Positions 30,201 to 42,700 of a stretch of 64,000 bases of DNA are shown piece after piece. Every line of letters begins with the position of its first letter. Position 1 is the stretch's first letter. The stretch is from Diplonema japonicum. Taxonomy: Eukaryota; Protista; Euglenozoa: Diplonemea. Both the position numbers and the translations under genes were made by a program. Where the stretch lies: contig OZ025686.1 in assembly GCA_964019335.1 (NCBI GenBank), positions 1-64,000 of the forward strand. Direction: 5' to 3'. Under the pieces are notes generated by a model. That model saw nothing but the letters and a program-made list of their open reading frames with translations. It did not search any database and was not told the origin of the DNA.

Positions 30201-30950
30201 CTGCTTGTCTTGCGTAATGTAGAACAAGGCGTTGATAACATTAGCTACCACAGCAACACACTCATCGCAGTTGTCTAACACGTGCACGAGGGACACAAGG
30301 TGCGCCTCAGGCCACGACGAAATGTGAGTGTCGCACTGTTCTACCAGAAAGGCCACTACGGACGTGCAAGCCAACGCGAGTTGCTCGTCATTGAAGAATT
30401 CTGCTACAGTCACAAGCACTGGGATGACACCCTCCAAACACACCTCGTAAGGATGTGTGTTGCTGATATGCTTCAAGAGCTGAACGCAATAAGACGCAAG
30501 CTGCTTGTCAGTGCTATAAGCACGAAACGCAGATGCCACGACACGAATCATCTTAAAGTGCAATGGGATGGTTGTCTCACTGCAGACCAGTGTACCACAC
30601 CCCATGCACAGCCTCATTACCTCCTCATCGTACAGGTACCGTTCCATCACTTCTAACAAGGTCAGCGTCACCATGTTACTCGCATTCATAGCTTGTCCTT
30701 TCGCGCTCATGTCTGAATCCAGCAGCTTTGCCAAGCACAAACACCCTGCCTTTATTATCCTCATATCGCTCATGTTGTGCTTCATGCTGCAGCACACCCA
30801 CTCTGCTCCCACTTCTCCGCAGTCCTCATTTAGAGCCTTGTTCAAAATGTGTAGAACTACACTTCTTTTGTCTGTAGGCATCACACTGTTCATGCATCTT
30901 GACGCAGTGAAAGGAGTCATGCCTGTAGGGTGCGTTAGAGTGGATGTCAT
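27240..30950 (-). CDS. Large armadillo/HEAT-like alpha-solenoid protein
   Basis: ORF >1200 aa of amphipathic Leu/Val/Cys-rich helices with recurring M..H....V motifs; the start codon is uncertain. Confidence 0.7.
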   Translation of the reverse strand: MTSTLTHPTGMTPFTASRCMNSVMPTDKRSVVLHILNKALNEDCGEVGAEWVCCSMKHNMSDMRIIKAGCLCLAKLLDSDMSAKGQAMNASNMVTLTLLEVMERYLYDEEVMRLCMGCGTLVCSETTIPLHFKMIRVVASAFRAYSTDKQLASYCVQLLKHISNTHPYEVCLEGVIPVLVTVAEFFNDEQLALACTSVVAFLVEQCDTHISSWPEAHLVSLVHVLDNCDECVAVVANVINALFYITQDKQSTLIVLTKTPILAILADITGAVADELLYTELVVIRNLLTALNSRANAATFTCSQELGILVKSLNVVCNDLLEVDSDSDAMVAVCLECLLISYEHQQDSLSGEDHETYRKTLRCVLSHSVRHSNETLHLVAEAYCKGGSVDVSVLSTVFVKHGHSDRSLALCLVNSLSESEMIHAVPKEAVISIVGCRETFKDHDVLKAISIFGLNYLRIAEPSEGVHLAAKEILLMAIDVTSQCKADVEVVVTCLRTMSVALANYSFLSTYSDSMQYTIHEALAYHEILDSETLSCAFETVAVCAAGGQVYHSVHAMILKYLLLKYKDEFLCKLLLECLGSCDCELHKEGLSSVLRAMSFHALNDTVVLLGLDVVATAVRARPGQMLRSLSVVEVIIDCIKANISSIGVCLLGCEILYHLDAGVGLAPLIIQSHPADEAIADYCASIVLHDLTLHKVKPQHLSVVRTMLQVGKHKKVVLECCAAVLVSCGEAHLSNDMFPKLVKLIDNVSDGRIEDDIKYTVLKVLKRLQVSCDCAKITNPHTMKHTLGTVMGLMGDDARLLQTGLSLVRLLCSNATISDDQLVNVLYYLDAHAMLSGVVSNHKELKLLRLAMSMLSFMSACPMEQELVDDNLLRTVARVSAEAGSDCELVCDAVNVMRFSASALNEVPEVRDVILQHLHNHSDNEELTMNCTIVLSQLPFEGHKTLEALISSLMRHTCNNTVVAEISKYFAVLCNATEGTIAESAWVSVLPHTLMKSLVAVVACCLFANTTADIVQNCVLALHWISNSIVGCEIMYGLTVNEVSTLYEKMACDQPQRLRDSKKHHNITLNALTVVLNSKASADVHAVALTAVCNIIPDVGGSSMSGDVDDPMMKAVLHCMKSHVASKRVALKGLLVVRSIIASSMLRRYFIDADGLCIILQCATRHVSDTSIQHAVLQCLTTACEHRDYINRLHHSGFAPYCSVLQRYYTEHQVPFESSVLLSQAAQLREFVHVA

Positions 30951-30961
30951 GAGATAAAATA

Positions 30962-31947
30962 CTAGGCTAAGGCGGCTTGCCAACAAATAATCACATTGTC
31001 CCATGTAAATGGGAGGAAAACAACTAACGTGGCCCAAAAAACCTGTAAAAAGTTATGAAGAAGGAGACAATACCTCTTCCGGCGCAAGGGTTCCTTGCAG
31101 CTGATGTCAGGGTCGGTGGTAATACATCTGTGGTTGGCAGGCTGAATGGGGCGTGCGTTTCCGCGCGTGACTGTTGTTGGAATTTTGGGGCAACCAATGT
31201 CATACAAACAAGAGACGGAGGCGTGATAGCGCCAGGTGTGCCCCCCGCTGCTGCGCCATTTTGTTTAGCGATGATTCCATTTAACTTTTGTACCTGCGAC
31301 AAGGATGCTGTGTGTAGCGTCGTCGACACGTGCCAGTGGACATTCTCCCTGCAGGGAGGCGTTGTGAGTGACCCCTTGTAGGTGAGGAAATCATCTGCTT
31401 GGAAATCGAAGGTGGGGAAGATTTTGATCTGCGTCGTGTCATCTTTCGTCTTTTCCAAAATCTGTTCGAGCAATGCATCCGGTTGCCTGTCGTCCAAACG
31501 ATACAGCTCCCCAAACACTACTAGTGGAAAGGTGAAGTCTACTTTTTCCTTCCCAAGAGACTCGTAGTCTGTCGGGAAAAACACCATATGTCTCTCAATG
31601 GGGTATCGCAGCCCGTTCAATGTGTGTTCTGATGGTGTGTGGTAATGGATCTGCTGCAGTGTGTACTGGCGCTGCAGCCCGCTCGTCACGAGTGTGATGT
31701 TCCTCTCCCTCATGTCTAACTTCAAGCTGTGCCCATGTATGTCTAGCCCTAGGTACTTGATAGGCTTTCTCGGTACAAATAACTTCAGGAAGCTATCTTT
31801 CCCCTCAACAGCATTCTCGGGCGTAAGATCAATAGGCGACTGTTCCGAACCCGAGCACTGCGGGTTGACGTGGCCCCACTCTGCGTTAGGGTTATCGTAG
31901 TTCCAGTCGGCACACAGCACAAAGCCAAGGCTAAGGAGAATCATCAT
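30962..31947 (-). CDS. Alpha-carbonic anhydrase, secreted or membrane-associated, zinc ligands intact
   Basis: Signal peptide, QSPIDL, QIHYH...SEH...ERH, YKGSLTTPPCRENVHW, and GNARPIQ after a short intron. Confidence 0.88.
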
Positions 31948-32050
31948 GCTGCAGTTGAAGTATTTACCAGTAGCACAGATGGAGGCATTGATGAAAAGAA
32001 ATATAGAAATAATAGGCATGTAAATACCCCAACAACTATAATACACTTCT

Positions 32051-33024
32051 CTAATCCAGAGAGTAGAACTTCCCCTTTTTAATGGTTCTGCCGTTGACAT
32101 TCTGCAGTGGTCGGGCGTTGCCAGGGGGGAGAGTCTGTGAGTCACCTGACAACGAGGTGACCTCCGAGGGAGGAGGGTGCCCATTTTGGTTTACACCTGT
32201 GAGGCCTTGGATGAGAGTGTCGATGGTGGTCCTCTGGTCGCCTGAGATGGTGTGTAGCTTCGTAGAAACATGCCACGTCACCACTTCGGAGCACGGGGGT
32301 GTTGTCAGCGATCCAGGGTATACAAAGAACTCATCATTCATGAAATTGAAAGAAGGTTTGAAGTTCTGCAGATTGTTGCTAGCACCGCCGTCAATTGTGC
32401 TGCTGCCGCTGCCACCTAGCCCGGCATCAATGAGACTTTTGATCATCAAATCAGGCTTAGAGTCGTCCCGCGTGTAGAGCTCGGCGATGACGATGACAGG
32501 GCTGCGTTCCTGGTCTAGAACCTGGAGCTCGTGAAAGTCGGAAGGCCTGAAGATTAACTGCCGTTCCAAAGGGTACCTCACCCCTTCCAGCAAGTGCTCT
32601 GACGGTGCGTGGAACCTCATCTCATGCAGCGTGTACTGCGACCAGAACCCTGCAGTAGTTGGAAATAAGTGCACACATTCATACCCTGGCCTGTAAGGGT
32701 GATCCCCCTTGAGGAAAGGTCAACCGACAGCACGGGCCCAGAGGCTGTCACTGCCACCGGCGTCAGTGGCTTCCTCGGGATCCACAGCTTCAGGAACGAA
32801 GTCTCTGAAGCTTCAGCATTGACCGTTTCCAACTGTTGAATACGATGTGACATGTGGACATACATTGATAGGCGACTGCAAGTTGTTGTTGCACTCAGGG
32901 GAGTTCGTGTACCAGCTGTCAGGCTGTTGTGCATCGTAAATTATCCCAAGCCTATCCATACCAATTCATATGTAAACTGTGCCACAGCTGTCGTGCAGCA
33001 CACCAACAGAGCGATACTGCGCAT
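32051..33024 (-). CDS. Alpha-carbonic anhydrase-related protein (predicted acatalytic), multi-exon
   Basis: QSPIN, EMRFH...SEH...ERQ, YPGSLTTPPCSEVVTW and GNARPLQ. Confidence 0.82.
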
Positions 33025-33290
33025 GTTAGCCTGTAAGGGATACAGTCAGACCGTGAACCATAAATGAACTGAAGAGAAACTACTGAGTGGCGGTGCTGGT
33101 AGTGGTGGTGGGTACCAGTGCTTGGCGTTACAACTCTGGGAAGGGAGGGGAGGTGCTCTTAGGTGGGATAAAACACCTCCCCGGGAGAGGGACTGCACAT
33201 GCTACAAAAGAAAAAGAAATAAAAATATGACGTGCGGTGTACCTAACAGACCGCGCAAACAAAGGAGGAAAAGAAAATGGCTTACGAACC

Positions 33291-35443
33291 TTAATCTTCA
33301 ATAGCTGAAACAGTGCAGGCTGGTCTCCATTCCGTAGGGAAAATCCACGCAATGAAGGCCTCCCACGTGTTGTTGAATATCTTTTTCGTGCGGGTTGAGT
33401 CGGACTCGTTATGGGAGCGCAACACGATGTCGCTCTTGGATATGGTCTCGCACAGATTGGCGCTTCCGTACTCGACCAACTGTTTGGCTTGCTTCACGCG
33501 GTCAGGCCCGCTAGAGCTAATGAACCCCTTGGTGAGGAAGACTTTTTTCCCTTTGATCCCCTCGTGCGAAAGGCAGTACCCGTACTGCTCTTCGTCGAGC
33601 CACTTACCTGCTTTCTTTGAGTCTGTGGCCCATAGCTTTGTCATGACCCACCTCCCAGTGAGCACCGCAGCAACGGTCTTCACTGTGCGTGCCTCGTGGT
33701 TGGGGATCACGATGTGCGAACAGTTCTTGTCAAATGTGTCCGCTGTCATCTTAACAAGCTCACCCCCCAATACATCGATCGCCTGTGGTTGTCATGAAAG
33801 TAACTATAACATACCGAGACAAGCTCTTTCTTGTCAACAGGGTCACGGAACCCTGACAAAGCAATGCTGGGGATGATCTCCCGTTGAATCTTGCGTCGCT
33901 TGCTGCCCTCCTCACTCTCTCTGCTCCTGCTCCTGCGCCCATTGCCGTTGCCATTGGTTTCAAGCTTCTTCTCCTTCAGGGAGGCTATCTTCGCTGCCGT
34001 ATCTAAGCGAATGTTCCTCTCCTTGTCGAGGTCCTTCTGCAGAGCTCTGCACCTGGCTTCCAGTACCTTGCTCTCCGCTTCTAATGCTTCGGCACGCATG
34101 TCGTCGGCCTTGTTTCTCGACTCTTCCATCTTGCGCAGCGACACCATGGCGTCGGCATGCTCCTTATTCTTCTCAATGAGTTCCACCGCAAGCTGTGCAC
34201 GTGTTCACATTGAATACACATTTGCATACCTGATCCGCCTTCTCCCTGCTGGCACGCGCTGTTGCTTCCTCGTTCCGAAGGTTCTAAAGAAGAGTTTGCT
34301 AGTTTATTTCATACTACCTGCTCAGCTTCTTTCAGCTTGTCTGCGAGCTCGTCGGCTGCAGCGACTTTTGCCTCCGCCTGTGTTAATGTAAATTTGCAGC
34401 TTACATACCGCCCTCACAACCCCCTCCATCACAGAGTGTGCCTCCTGCATGGCTGCGATCGCCAGCTCGTTTGCCTTGACCTGCTCTGTGCACGTGGCGA
34501 TCTCATCTCTCTGCTCGGCCACATTTTGCTCGCTTTTTGCAAGTTTGTCTTGCGTCACTTCCAACTCCTCCTGGTTCTGTTTCAACGCTTCTTTGGCCGC
34601 TTGAACTTCCTCCGTAGCTTGCTGTGCTTTTTCTAATTCCTCCTGCATCTTTGAAAGTTGCTCCGTAGCACTGGTCAGCTCATTTTTAGTTTTGCTCAAC
34701 TCTTCCATGTCTTTTGCCATTTCCTCAGAACGTGCAGACTGCTGCTCTGCAATATCTGCCTTCAGGCTCTCTATTGTTGTGGTCAGCTCTGCCACTTGCT
34801 GAGCAGCTTCCTCTTCTCCTGTTGTGCTAGTGGTAGTCTTCGCCTCTAGTGTTGTAATCACAGCGGTCTTTTCAGCAAGCTCTTCTTGAAAAGACTGCTC
34901 TTTAGCGTTGAAATCAGCAACTGCTTGGTTGAAGTTTACGCCTATCGCGTGTCTGCTCTCCTCTGATTCGGAGAGTCTAGTTTCTAGTTCTTTGTTTTTG
35001 GTCTTCAGGACCTCTAGCTCCTCAGCTGTCTCGGGATCGACTTGCTTCTGGTCCGTCCCCAGCTCTTGCTTTTCGTGAAGTACTTGCTGCTGTGACACCA
35101 AGTGCTGCAACTGCTGCAAGTAGGACTGCATGTTTTTCAAATTGTTGATGAACGAAGTTTTGTTGGGTGCTTGCACCTCCTCCAGGACCAGCTCTTGGCT
35201 CATGGCCATGTCCTCATCGCACGACACCGACACCTGCGCAGGGCTCTTCATAGACTCAAACAGCTTCCTTGAGTAAGGTGTCTGCGAGGCCATCTCCTCC
35301 ACGGGCTTCAACTCCAGCTGGAAGCTTAGGTCCGCCACTCTTTCCTCTAGAACACTGATCTGCGCATTCTTCGAGACTTCGAGCTGGTCGATCTTCGCAC
35401 GAGCCTCTCGCAGTTCATCTTGTATCTCCTCCATCGCTACCAT
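33291..35443 (-). CDS. Coiled-coil protein with C-terminal BRCT domain(s), multi-exon
   Basis: ORFs 34322-35443, 33746-34186 and 33291-33770 are separated by short intron-like gaps. BRCT motifs IALSGF, GG, CSHIVI, RTVK, GRWV and WATDS. Confidence 0.8.
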
Positions 35444-35490
35444 GGTAACCTGTTGTGCTGTTGAAAACTCAGTCGTTGCTTAGTCTCACT

Positions 35491-35781
35491 TCACTTATTG
35501 TTACGTGTAACACCAGCTGAAAATCGAGGCGTAAAACCTGTGTCCTTGTCTAGATGTCGCCGAGAGAGAGAGCGTTCGACATCTTCTGCATGCTGTTGTG
35601 GTGGTGAAACAGGGGCTTCTTCGCTGTTTGTTTTAAGTTCCGTTTCTTTAAAAAATTCAGCCATACTCTTTAGGTGCTTCTTGAGGTAGTCATCGGCTAG
35701 ATTGGGCTCCTGCCGCTTTTTTTTCGTCGCTTTACCACCCCCATCGCCGCCCCCACCAGTTGAGAGTCTGAGCATGGGCAT
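35491..35781 (-). CDS. Small hypothetical protein
   Basis: 96-aa ORF in cluster orientation with an upstream CAG; it may instead be an exon of the neighbouring ORF. Confidence 0.4.
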   Translation of the reverse strand: MPMLRLSTGGGGDGGGKATKKKRQEPNLADDYLKKHLKSMAEFFKETELKTNSEEAPVSPPQQHAEDVERSLSRRHLDKDTGFTPRFSAGVTRNNK

Positions 35782-35853
35782 TTAAACTGCCATGTTTGCC
35801 ACCTGTCGAAAAAGGGGGTTTTCTTTTTTCAACGAAATAATCCTAGAAAAACT

Positions 35854-36216
35854 CTACTCAGCAGTGTCCGTTAGGTTCTGCAGGGCGAGGCTGCTGTTGT
35901 CAGAAGTGATCTCGAGATCCACTTTTTCAAGAAATGTTGGCGGCAGGGGGAAGTAGGATAGAATCTCTTCCACTGTACTGTCCTGCTCCGTGAGGGTAAG
36001 TGAGGTAGGGATTGCCTTGTTGTGTATTGGGGAGGGGTGGGGGCCTCTCCGGAGCGAAGCTTCAAGCTCCGAAACACCTTTGGAAACAGTTTTCTTTGCC
36101 GCCCCTGCGAAATTCCCGATCGCTATGCTTGCCTGTTGTGAGGCTACCAATGCCTTCTCTGAAACCTTTGATGAGGTGTCTGCCGCGAACGCCTTAATCC
36201 ATGTTAATGTATCCAT
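35854..36216 (-). CDS. Small hypothetical protein
   Basis: 120-aa ORF with a CAG acceptor just upstream of the ATG. Confidence 0.5.
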   Translation of the reverse strand: MDTLTWIKAFAADTSSKVSEKALVASQQASIAIGNFAGAAKKTVSKGVSELEASLRRGPHPSPIHNKAIPTSLTLTEQDSTVEEILSYFPLPPTFLEKVDLEITSDNSSLALQNLTDTAE

Positions 36217-36841
36217 TCACCTGTGGCGGTGCACTGACGGTGCTGTGCTCTACGAGAATAAACCCCCACCACCAACATCGTGTACTTGGCAACAAAGCAA
36301 AGAGAAAAGAACACGCTGCAAAGGAGAAGCGGGGGGTTTCAGCCAGTGTTCAAAACCACTTTTCTACCTCATTTCATCCCACTAGCATCTTTAATAAAAA
36401 AAAATAGAAAGCATCATGGCCAACACAACAAAACAGCAAACAAAATGGAAAAAAAAAAAATACTCGATCAGTATCTGCGGTGCACTGGTTACCTCCACCG
36501 TAAAAAAGAATGAGAAAAAGGGACAGGAAGAAAACACACGGCGGAAAAAAAATAAAAAATAAAAAGGCTAAGGGAAGGGAGAGGAAAAGAGAGATGTTGG
36601 TACCCACTTCTTGGTATTCGGATTCACAAGAAGTTCTTCCATCCCTCAACTCCTCCTCCTATCCATGTTCCCTGTTGTTTTTCACCTGCATTTCTTTAAC
36701 ATCCTGTTTTCAATTTCGTTCATTCCCCTCTCATTTCTTTTTTTTTTTTCTTTTTGTATGCTTTTTTTCTTTCTTTGTGTGCTTGCCATTCTGCTCACAT
36801 CGAGTGTCATGTGTCTTATTCTTCGTATTTCTATCTCTCTC

Positions 36842-37567
36842 TCACTGTTCCCGTTTCTTCCGCTCGCTCTGAACAGCATCGGTAATGAGGTGTGTGGCCG
36901 CAATGGTGCCTTTTGTTGAAAGTTATAAAAAAAAAAAATGAAAAAAATACAACAAAAACATACCACTTGCCATGCCACAAGCAGAGGGGAACCACGAAGG
37001 AACAGAATCATATGCAGGGACCCACTTGGTGCCTTGCAGGACCATGAGGCAGTCGAAGACGGACCGAGCAAGGACGGCAGGGGTGCGGGAAGTGGACGTT
37101 GAGTTCATGAGGGCGACGGACGCGTTCAGCGCGTCAATCCCAAACATGGTGAACTGAAGGCGTTTCGTTGCAGTTGCCCACTTTGGGGCGTCGGCCTCAA
37201 TCACACCCTGCTTGGAGAGGAAGGTCACATTGTCACCAATCTTGTACCCCATGTCAGAGACACTGCGGATCACCTTCAGCGCAGGAAGGACGCCCATGGA
37301 ACCCTCCTTGTTCACAACAGTGTTCACAGAATCCTGCACGTTCACACTTGACTTCACCCACTGCCCCATCCTCATCATGGACCTACCATCAGCAAGCGAT
37401 TTGGCCAGCCTTGCTACCCCACCTTCTCCCACTCCGGCGGACACCGCCACTTTCGCGATGTTCATCCCAACCTTCGCCATTTTATCCACTGCTTCCACCC
37501 TCCCTAGCAGGCTGCTCACAGCAGCCACTTCGCTCGACTTTAGAAAGGACGACGGCGTCGCTGCCAT
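36842..37567 (-). CDS. PEX11: Peroxin 11 family protein, 2 exons
   Basis: DKMAK, LAKSLADGRSMMRMG, DNVTFLSK and CGMASG, plus a last exon GTIAATH...REQ*. Confidence 0.8.
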
Positions 37568-37996
37568 TGTTTCTCTTTTCCCCCTCTAGGATGGCGTTAT
37601 TGACGAATACTTGACGCATAAAAGAAATAAGAGCTAAAGGAGGCCAGTGTTGGTGACGCCCTATAGAAAGAAAGAAAGAAAAGAGAGACTTTCTCGCTAC
37701 GAAACCTCTGCATGAAAGTGAAGGCAAGGGAAGGGAGGGGGATCCAAACAATGAATGTTGTTCCCTTCTATCTCTTCCCTTTCCCTCCTCATTTCAGGGA
37801 CGTTTCTTTTTACACCCTCTTGTTTCTTCTTTTTTCTTTTTTTGTTTTTTTTTTTATACATCTTTCATCAATCGAGAAAGATATGTTCCCCCTCAAGTAA
37901 CGAGAAGAGCAAGCAAGCATTATTCTTTTGTTTGTTTTGTTTTCGCCCCTTTCAACAGAGGACCAATGCCTTTTTTTCTTTTCTTCGAGATAAGGT

Positions 37997-38656
37997 TTAA
38001 GCCTTGTAGACGGAGAAGACACCCTCCTTCTTTGCGTAGTGGGCCTTCACCACCGGGATGTTTGCGATCTTCTTGGTGTGTGCGGTGATGTTCTTGAAGG
38101 GGGCGAGGCAGTCGGTGGGGTAGCCGTCGAACTGCCCGCTCCTGAAGATGTTGGGCCAGGCGAAGACAGCGGCGTCGGCGAGGGTGAGGTGGTCCCCGAC
38201 TGCGAACCCGGAGGGGTTCTTCCCGATCAACTCGTCGATGAAGGTGAGCCACTTGAAGGCGTCGCCGCCCTCCGCCACAGAGGCTGCCCTGAAGGCCTCC
38301 CTCTCAGCTCCCTCGGGGACACCGAAGCTCTTGATGAGGGGACCGAACACCTCTCCAACCATGTCCACCATCTCGTCCACGCGGAGGGCAGCAAGCGGGC
38401 ACTCCGGGTACAGGGGTTTCCCCTCGAACGAAGACTTCTTCGCCGCCCACCTCGCCATCGCTACGCTCTGCGACACCTGCACACCGTCCAACTCCATCAG
38501 AGGAAGCTGCTTGGGGGCAACCGTCGGCTTCATCTTCCCCCACGACTCCCCCGTCACGATCTCATCCTCGAAGGGCACTCCCCCGACCATCAGGCAGAAC
38601 CGGGTCGGCTCCAACCTCCCCGCAATGTCGAAGTAGGTGAGCTTCACAGACGGCAT
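37997..38656 (-). CDS. Glutathione S-transferase (sigma-like), copy 1
   Basis: KLTYFDIAGRLEPTR, QLP, QSVAMARW and VGDHLTLAD. Confidence 0.93.
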   Translation of the reverse strand: MPSVKLTYFDIAGRLEPTRFCLMVGGVPFEDEIVTGESWGKMKPTVAPKQLPLMELDGVQVSQSVAMARWAAKKSSFEGKPLYPECPLAALRVDEMVDMVGEVFGPLIKSFGVPEGAEREAFRAASVAEGGDAFKWLTFIDELIGKNPSGFAVGDHLTLADAAVFAWPNIFRSGQFDGYPTDCLAPFKNITAHTKKIANIPVVKAHYAKKEGVFSVYKA

Positions 38657-39777
38657 TTTTCTTAAGAAGTGTATTAAAAAAAAAGGGGAGAACACAAGGT
38701 CTTCGAGGGTGGATGCATGATTTGAAGAAGCACATGAGAAAAAGAAATGAACTTATTGGAGAAGAAGAAAAGGGAGGGAGAAAAAAAATAGCAGTATGCA
38801 GAGAAAGGTTTTTTTTTAGAAAAAACGATATTCTTTTCTTTATACATTAACATTAATTTTTTATTTTCCCCACTGGTTTTCCATTCTTTTTTTCTCTTTT
38901 TTTCCTACCTTATTTTTGTCATGTGGAACAAAAACACACAAATAAAAAAAAGAAAAAAGGAAAGAATAAAGGGAAAAGAGAGCACAGGTGCCCGCCATCA
39001 TTTTGCTGGCGAAACTTCACGCCACACGACAAAAGGCAAAACCTGCGGGTTGGTACCATTGGCCATCACTTGGTACACCCCCTCTGTTTTGCACTATGCT
39101 GTCAATGGCATCCAGAAGTGGGCAGTACTTATCACTTTGACTCGCTATAGGGGACGTCGTCACACACCTGAGACCTATGGTCCTGCTGCCCCGAGTAATT
39201 TAAAAAGAGAAGAATTCGCACTTAACAAGGTGCACCCCACCTTCTTATGCAACATCCGTAATTCAATACGGGCCACCATAGGAAAACGACGATATATTTT
39301 TCTTTTTTTTTTTTTTTTCTCTTGCCTCTTTTCGGCTGTGATTCTTCTTTGCAAAAAAAAAAAAAGAAGAAGAAAAACCAAGTTTCCTTTACGGAGTAGA
39401 TAGTTCTTTTGGAAGGAAAAAAAAAGAAGGGTGTATTTGGGAGGGACAACAACGGGGGGAGGGAAATCAGCGCATAATTCATTGAACCACCACCGATAAT
39501 TTAAACGGGAAGAAAAAAAATATAAATGAAAGAGCAGTATCCCCAATTACTTTTATCATAGTTTCCTTTTTCTCAATCATGCAAAACAGCAATCCACCAG
39601 TGTCCGGAGGGTGTAGAAATCCGTAGTGTCTCACCAACCGCGACAGTGGAAGGGCCACGTAGTCCTTAGAGCAAGAGAGAAGGAAGAAGCGCTTTCAAGG
39701 AAAAAAAGAGGGGGGGGGGAACGAGGGAAGAAACAAAACAAACAACTTGTCTGTGGATGACTCTGCGATTAGAAGTG

Positions 39778-42700
39778 TTAGATGCTGTGGAACTCAACAG
39801 CGTTTGCGGTCGTGCTCCTAAGGGCCTTTTGGTCCTCAAGCTCCTGCATGCTCATGGGTACTTCTTCCTCTGCCTTTCTCCCCTTCGCCCTGACGAGCAT
39901 GGCGGCAGCAACGAGGCCACCCATGCAGAGAAGTCCTCCTAGAGTACCTCCGATGATGGCTGCGAGGTTTGAGCTGCTGCTGCTGCTGCTGCTGTTGTCC
40001 TTCTTCCCTTTGCTGCCTGCGTCGTAGCCCCCCTCGACCCACCACTCGTTCATGGAGACGACCCCATCGAGCTCCTTCTTGTCGAAGGCACCGTACAGGT
40101 TCTGCTTCTTCTCTGACTGCACCTCGACGCCGACCACCGCACCACCGTCCTCGCCCCCCAGCACCGCCCCCGCACGCCCTGACAGGTCGTACACATCAAT
40201 GCACTTCGACGCAGCGCCGAAGGGGTCTGCACAGTTCCCGAACGGGCACTCGCTCGCGGGGCACAGGTACTTCACAAGTATTGTCGCTGCGGAGTCCTCC
40301 AACCCGTCCTTCACCATCTGCTCGAAGGTCGCACGGTTGAAGTTGGCCACCCCGTTTGACAGCACGAAGGTCATTAGCTGGCGTGCCTCCTCTGCCGCAG
40401 CAGATGTCCCGAAGCACTTGTACTCCGTAGAAGGGTCGCACACCCCTGACTGCGGGATGTCCTGGCACTGGTCCCCGCCTCCCTGCATGGAGCTGCAGTA
40501 CGTGTCGGCCTTCTGCCACGAGGGGCAGTTGCAGCGAGGTGCCGTCCCGGTTGCCGCCCCCAGTCCGCGGGGGTCGCGGGGGGTCTTCCCGAGGTCCCTG
40601 CAGGACCACCCGTCTCCGGGGCACACGTCCAAGCACTGCGCGTACCACCCACTCTGCTCGAAACAGGTGAGCGACCCCTCGCAGCAGTACGGTGCAGCCG
40701 TGCACGCCCCGTGCTTTTTGATCGTTTTGCTGCATAGCCCGTGCGTCGGGAGGGTCGGGGCGGGTGGGGGAACCCCCCCGCTCAGCACGTCGCAGTCCCA
40801 GCCTTTCGGGCATTTCGTGAGGCACTGTGCGTACCAGTAGTTGTTCTTGAAGCATTGGGTCCCAGAGGGGCAGCAGTCGGGGCTGTGGTGGGAATGAAAA
40901 TTCAAAGCATGAAGAAAAAAAAAACATACTTGTTAAGACACGCGTCGTACATCTTGCACTGCGTCGAAGGTGCGTCCGTTGCAGGCGCATCGGTCCTAAC
41001 CGGTGCATCTGTGTCGGGTGCGCCTGTTGCAGGTGCGTTGGTTTTCGGTGCTATTGTCTCAGGTGCATCCGTTTCAGGGGCGTTTGTCTTCGGTGCATCT
41101 GTGGCAGGGGCATCCGTTGCAGGTGCCCTTGTTTGACCAGACTTCGTTGCTGGTGCGTCTGTTGCAGGTGCGTTGGTTTTCGGTGCCATTGTCTCAGGTG
41201 CATCCGTTGTAGGAGCGTTTGTCTTCGGTGCATCTGTGGCAGGGGCATCCGTTGCAGGTGCCCTTGTTTGACCAGACTTCGTTGCTGGTGCGTCTGTTGC
41301 AGGTGCGTTGGTTTTCGGTGCCATTGTCTCAGGTGCATCCGTTGTAGGAGCGTTTGTCTTCGGTGCATCTGTGGCAGGGGCATCCGTTGCAGGTGCCCTT
41401 GTTTGACCAGGCTTTGTGGCGGGTGCGTCTGTTGCCGGTGCGTTAGTCTTCGGTGCCATTGTCTCAGGTGCATCCGTTTCAGGTGCGCTTGTCCTCGGTG
41501 CATCTGTGGCAGGGGCATCCGTCTCAGGTGCATCTGTTTTAGGAACACTTGTCTTCGGTACAGCAGTAGCCGGGGCATCTGTAGAAGGAGCACTTGTCTT
41601 GGGAACATCTGTTGCCGGTACAGTCGTGTCAGGTGCACTGGTCACCGAAGGGGTGTTCCCACAGGTGGGTGCATTCGCCTTGATGTAGTTCTTCAAGAAG
41701 GTCCCAGAGCAACTAGTGTCGTCCCAAGACTTGCTGGAGCAAGCACCTGGATTCAAAGCAGCAGACACTTCGTTCTTGTCAGCATAGCTCCACTGAGCCC
41801 AACTGATCGAAATCCCGAGAGAGCCAGCACTGTTGAAGGTGTCCAGGAATTTCTTGGTTTCAGGGAGGTACGGCCCACCGTCACCGCTCGCCATCGAGGT
41901 CCCCCATTCAGTCACGAAGATTGGGATTTGCGAAGCATAGGTCTCCACGTTCGCAAGAAGCCCTTGGTGAGAACCAGCATAGAAGTGGAAGGTGTACATC
42001 ACATTCCTGGGTTGGTCCACAGGATCAGTTGCTGCCTTGTCGATCTCCTGGCTCCAAGTGGGGGTTCCGCAGATGATGATGGTCTCGGTGTCGATGCGAC
42101 GGATGGCGGCGATGATCTTGTTGTGGTACGACTTCACCGCAGGCCACTGCACACCGTTGGGCTCGTTCGCGAGTTCGTACAGGACGTGCTTCTCGTTCTT
42201 GTAGAGGGTTGCCATCTCCTCGAAGAAGGCCTGTGCCCCGCTGTAGGTTCCATCGTTCGGGTTCCCTGGGTTCAGCATGTGCCAGTCGATCATGACGTAG
42301 ATCCCGAGCTCCTTGCACCACTGAACAATGTCCTTCACAGTCTGCTTCACACTGGGGTTCGAGGCATAGCCCCCCTCACCAACGTACATTGCAGCACGGA
42401 ACAGGTTGATCCCCCAGTTCTCTGTGAGGTGCTGGATCGCTTCCTTGGTGTAGCAGTTCGGGAACCAGTGAAGCCCGTGGCTGCTCATCCCCATCAACTG
42501 GACCGCTGCTCCAGATTCATCCACAAGCTGCAGCCCAGAGGGACCACCGAGGGTGAGCTTCCCGTGGCAGTCGATGAAGTTCCTGTTGTTCTTCGCAGGG
42601 GGGTCCGATGGGACACCAGCAGGCATCGCACAGTTGCTGCCGCCACCACCACCGCTGCCACCGTTCTGCCAGTTGCAGGAGTTCTTGGTAGGACAGCAGC

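Noticed and set aside
40965-41645. CRISPR-like array
   Set aside because: These are coding pentapeptide repeats without unique spacers, in a eukaryotic context.
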